Assembly (NCBI GenBank): GCA_964420785.1
Contig: CAYQVE010000003.1
Location: 1 to 33,286 of the forward strand
Direction of reading: 5' to 3'
DNA length: 33,286 nucleotides
Source of the DNA: an uncultured Enterobacteriaceae bacterium
GTDB lineage: Bacteria; Pseudomonadota; Gammaproteobacteria; Burkholderiales; SG8-39
Position numbers and translations under genes: made by a program. The notes below the pieces were generated by a model. It searched no databases. It worked only from the letters and a program-made list of their open reading frames with translations, and was not told the origin of the DNA. Of the stretch, positions 33,230-33,286 are shown one piece after another (the first letter of the stretch is position 1; each line of letters opens with the position of its first letter).

Positions 33230-33286
33230 GAAAGTCCGGTTTTACCTTCGTCCCCTCGGGGGCCTATTTCTCTAGGGTAGAAAACG

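Noticed and set aside
33215-33286. Possible terminal inverted repeat between 31961-31980 (GTTTCTTAGACTAAGTCCC) and 33218-33236 (GGGACAATTTAAGAAAGTC), which would delimit a 1.3-kb element
   Set aside because: Only about 12 of 20 positions match (TTTCTTA and GTCCC blocks), and there is no flanking target duplication. The evidence is too weak without the sequence beyond the window. It is still worth re-checking on the full contig, because the ORF ends exactly here.

Overview
This is a GC-rich proteobacterial chromosome segment. The purN-DUF3108-rsmB and radC-rpmB-rpmG synteny suggests a betaproteobacterium. A conserved core (about 8.7-31.95 kb) sits between two accessory regions. The core encodes hrpA, an EI24-like protein, a MoCF-domain protein, phasin, two DMT transporters, gluQ, ndh, an alpha/beta hydrolase, thioredoxin, a TPR protein, HupE/UreJ, pirin, ygiD, kefB/C, purN, DUF3108, rsmB, desA, DUF1161, rpmG and rpmB. 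The left accessory region (1-8.67 kb) is a mosaic bounded by two copies of a ~50-bp att-like sequence. The right copy is followed by three tandem core-plus-flank units. It contains a secreted double-retropepsin/TPR protein, an IS6 transposase scrap, and an integrase-less AlpA plus DnaB-N/AAA_25 replication module with repeat clusters. It also holds a decayed integron: a frameshifted, truncated intI-like gene with divergent lower-GC cassettes on the minus strand. I could parse two textbook attC sites (7-5-7...7-5-7 architecture) for these cassettes by hand. The right accessory region starts at about 31.96 kb, where radC loses its 5' two-thirds. It opens with a ~180-nt highly structured non-coding segment whose ends pair like retron a1/a2 repeats. 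A leader with mutually exclusive hairpins follows. Next comes an ORF combining winged-helix-like domains with a nucleoside-deoxyribosyltransferase/TIR-like domain, which appears cut short just before the window ends. In the core, gluQ carries a single in-frame TAA at a conserved Tyr, and a DMT transporter has an extremely His-rich tail next to TPR and HupE/UreJ genes. I found no rRNA, tRNA or CRISPR array. All calls rest on reading the ORF translations and the DNA by eye; nothing was searched or computed, and start codons are approximate.
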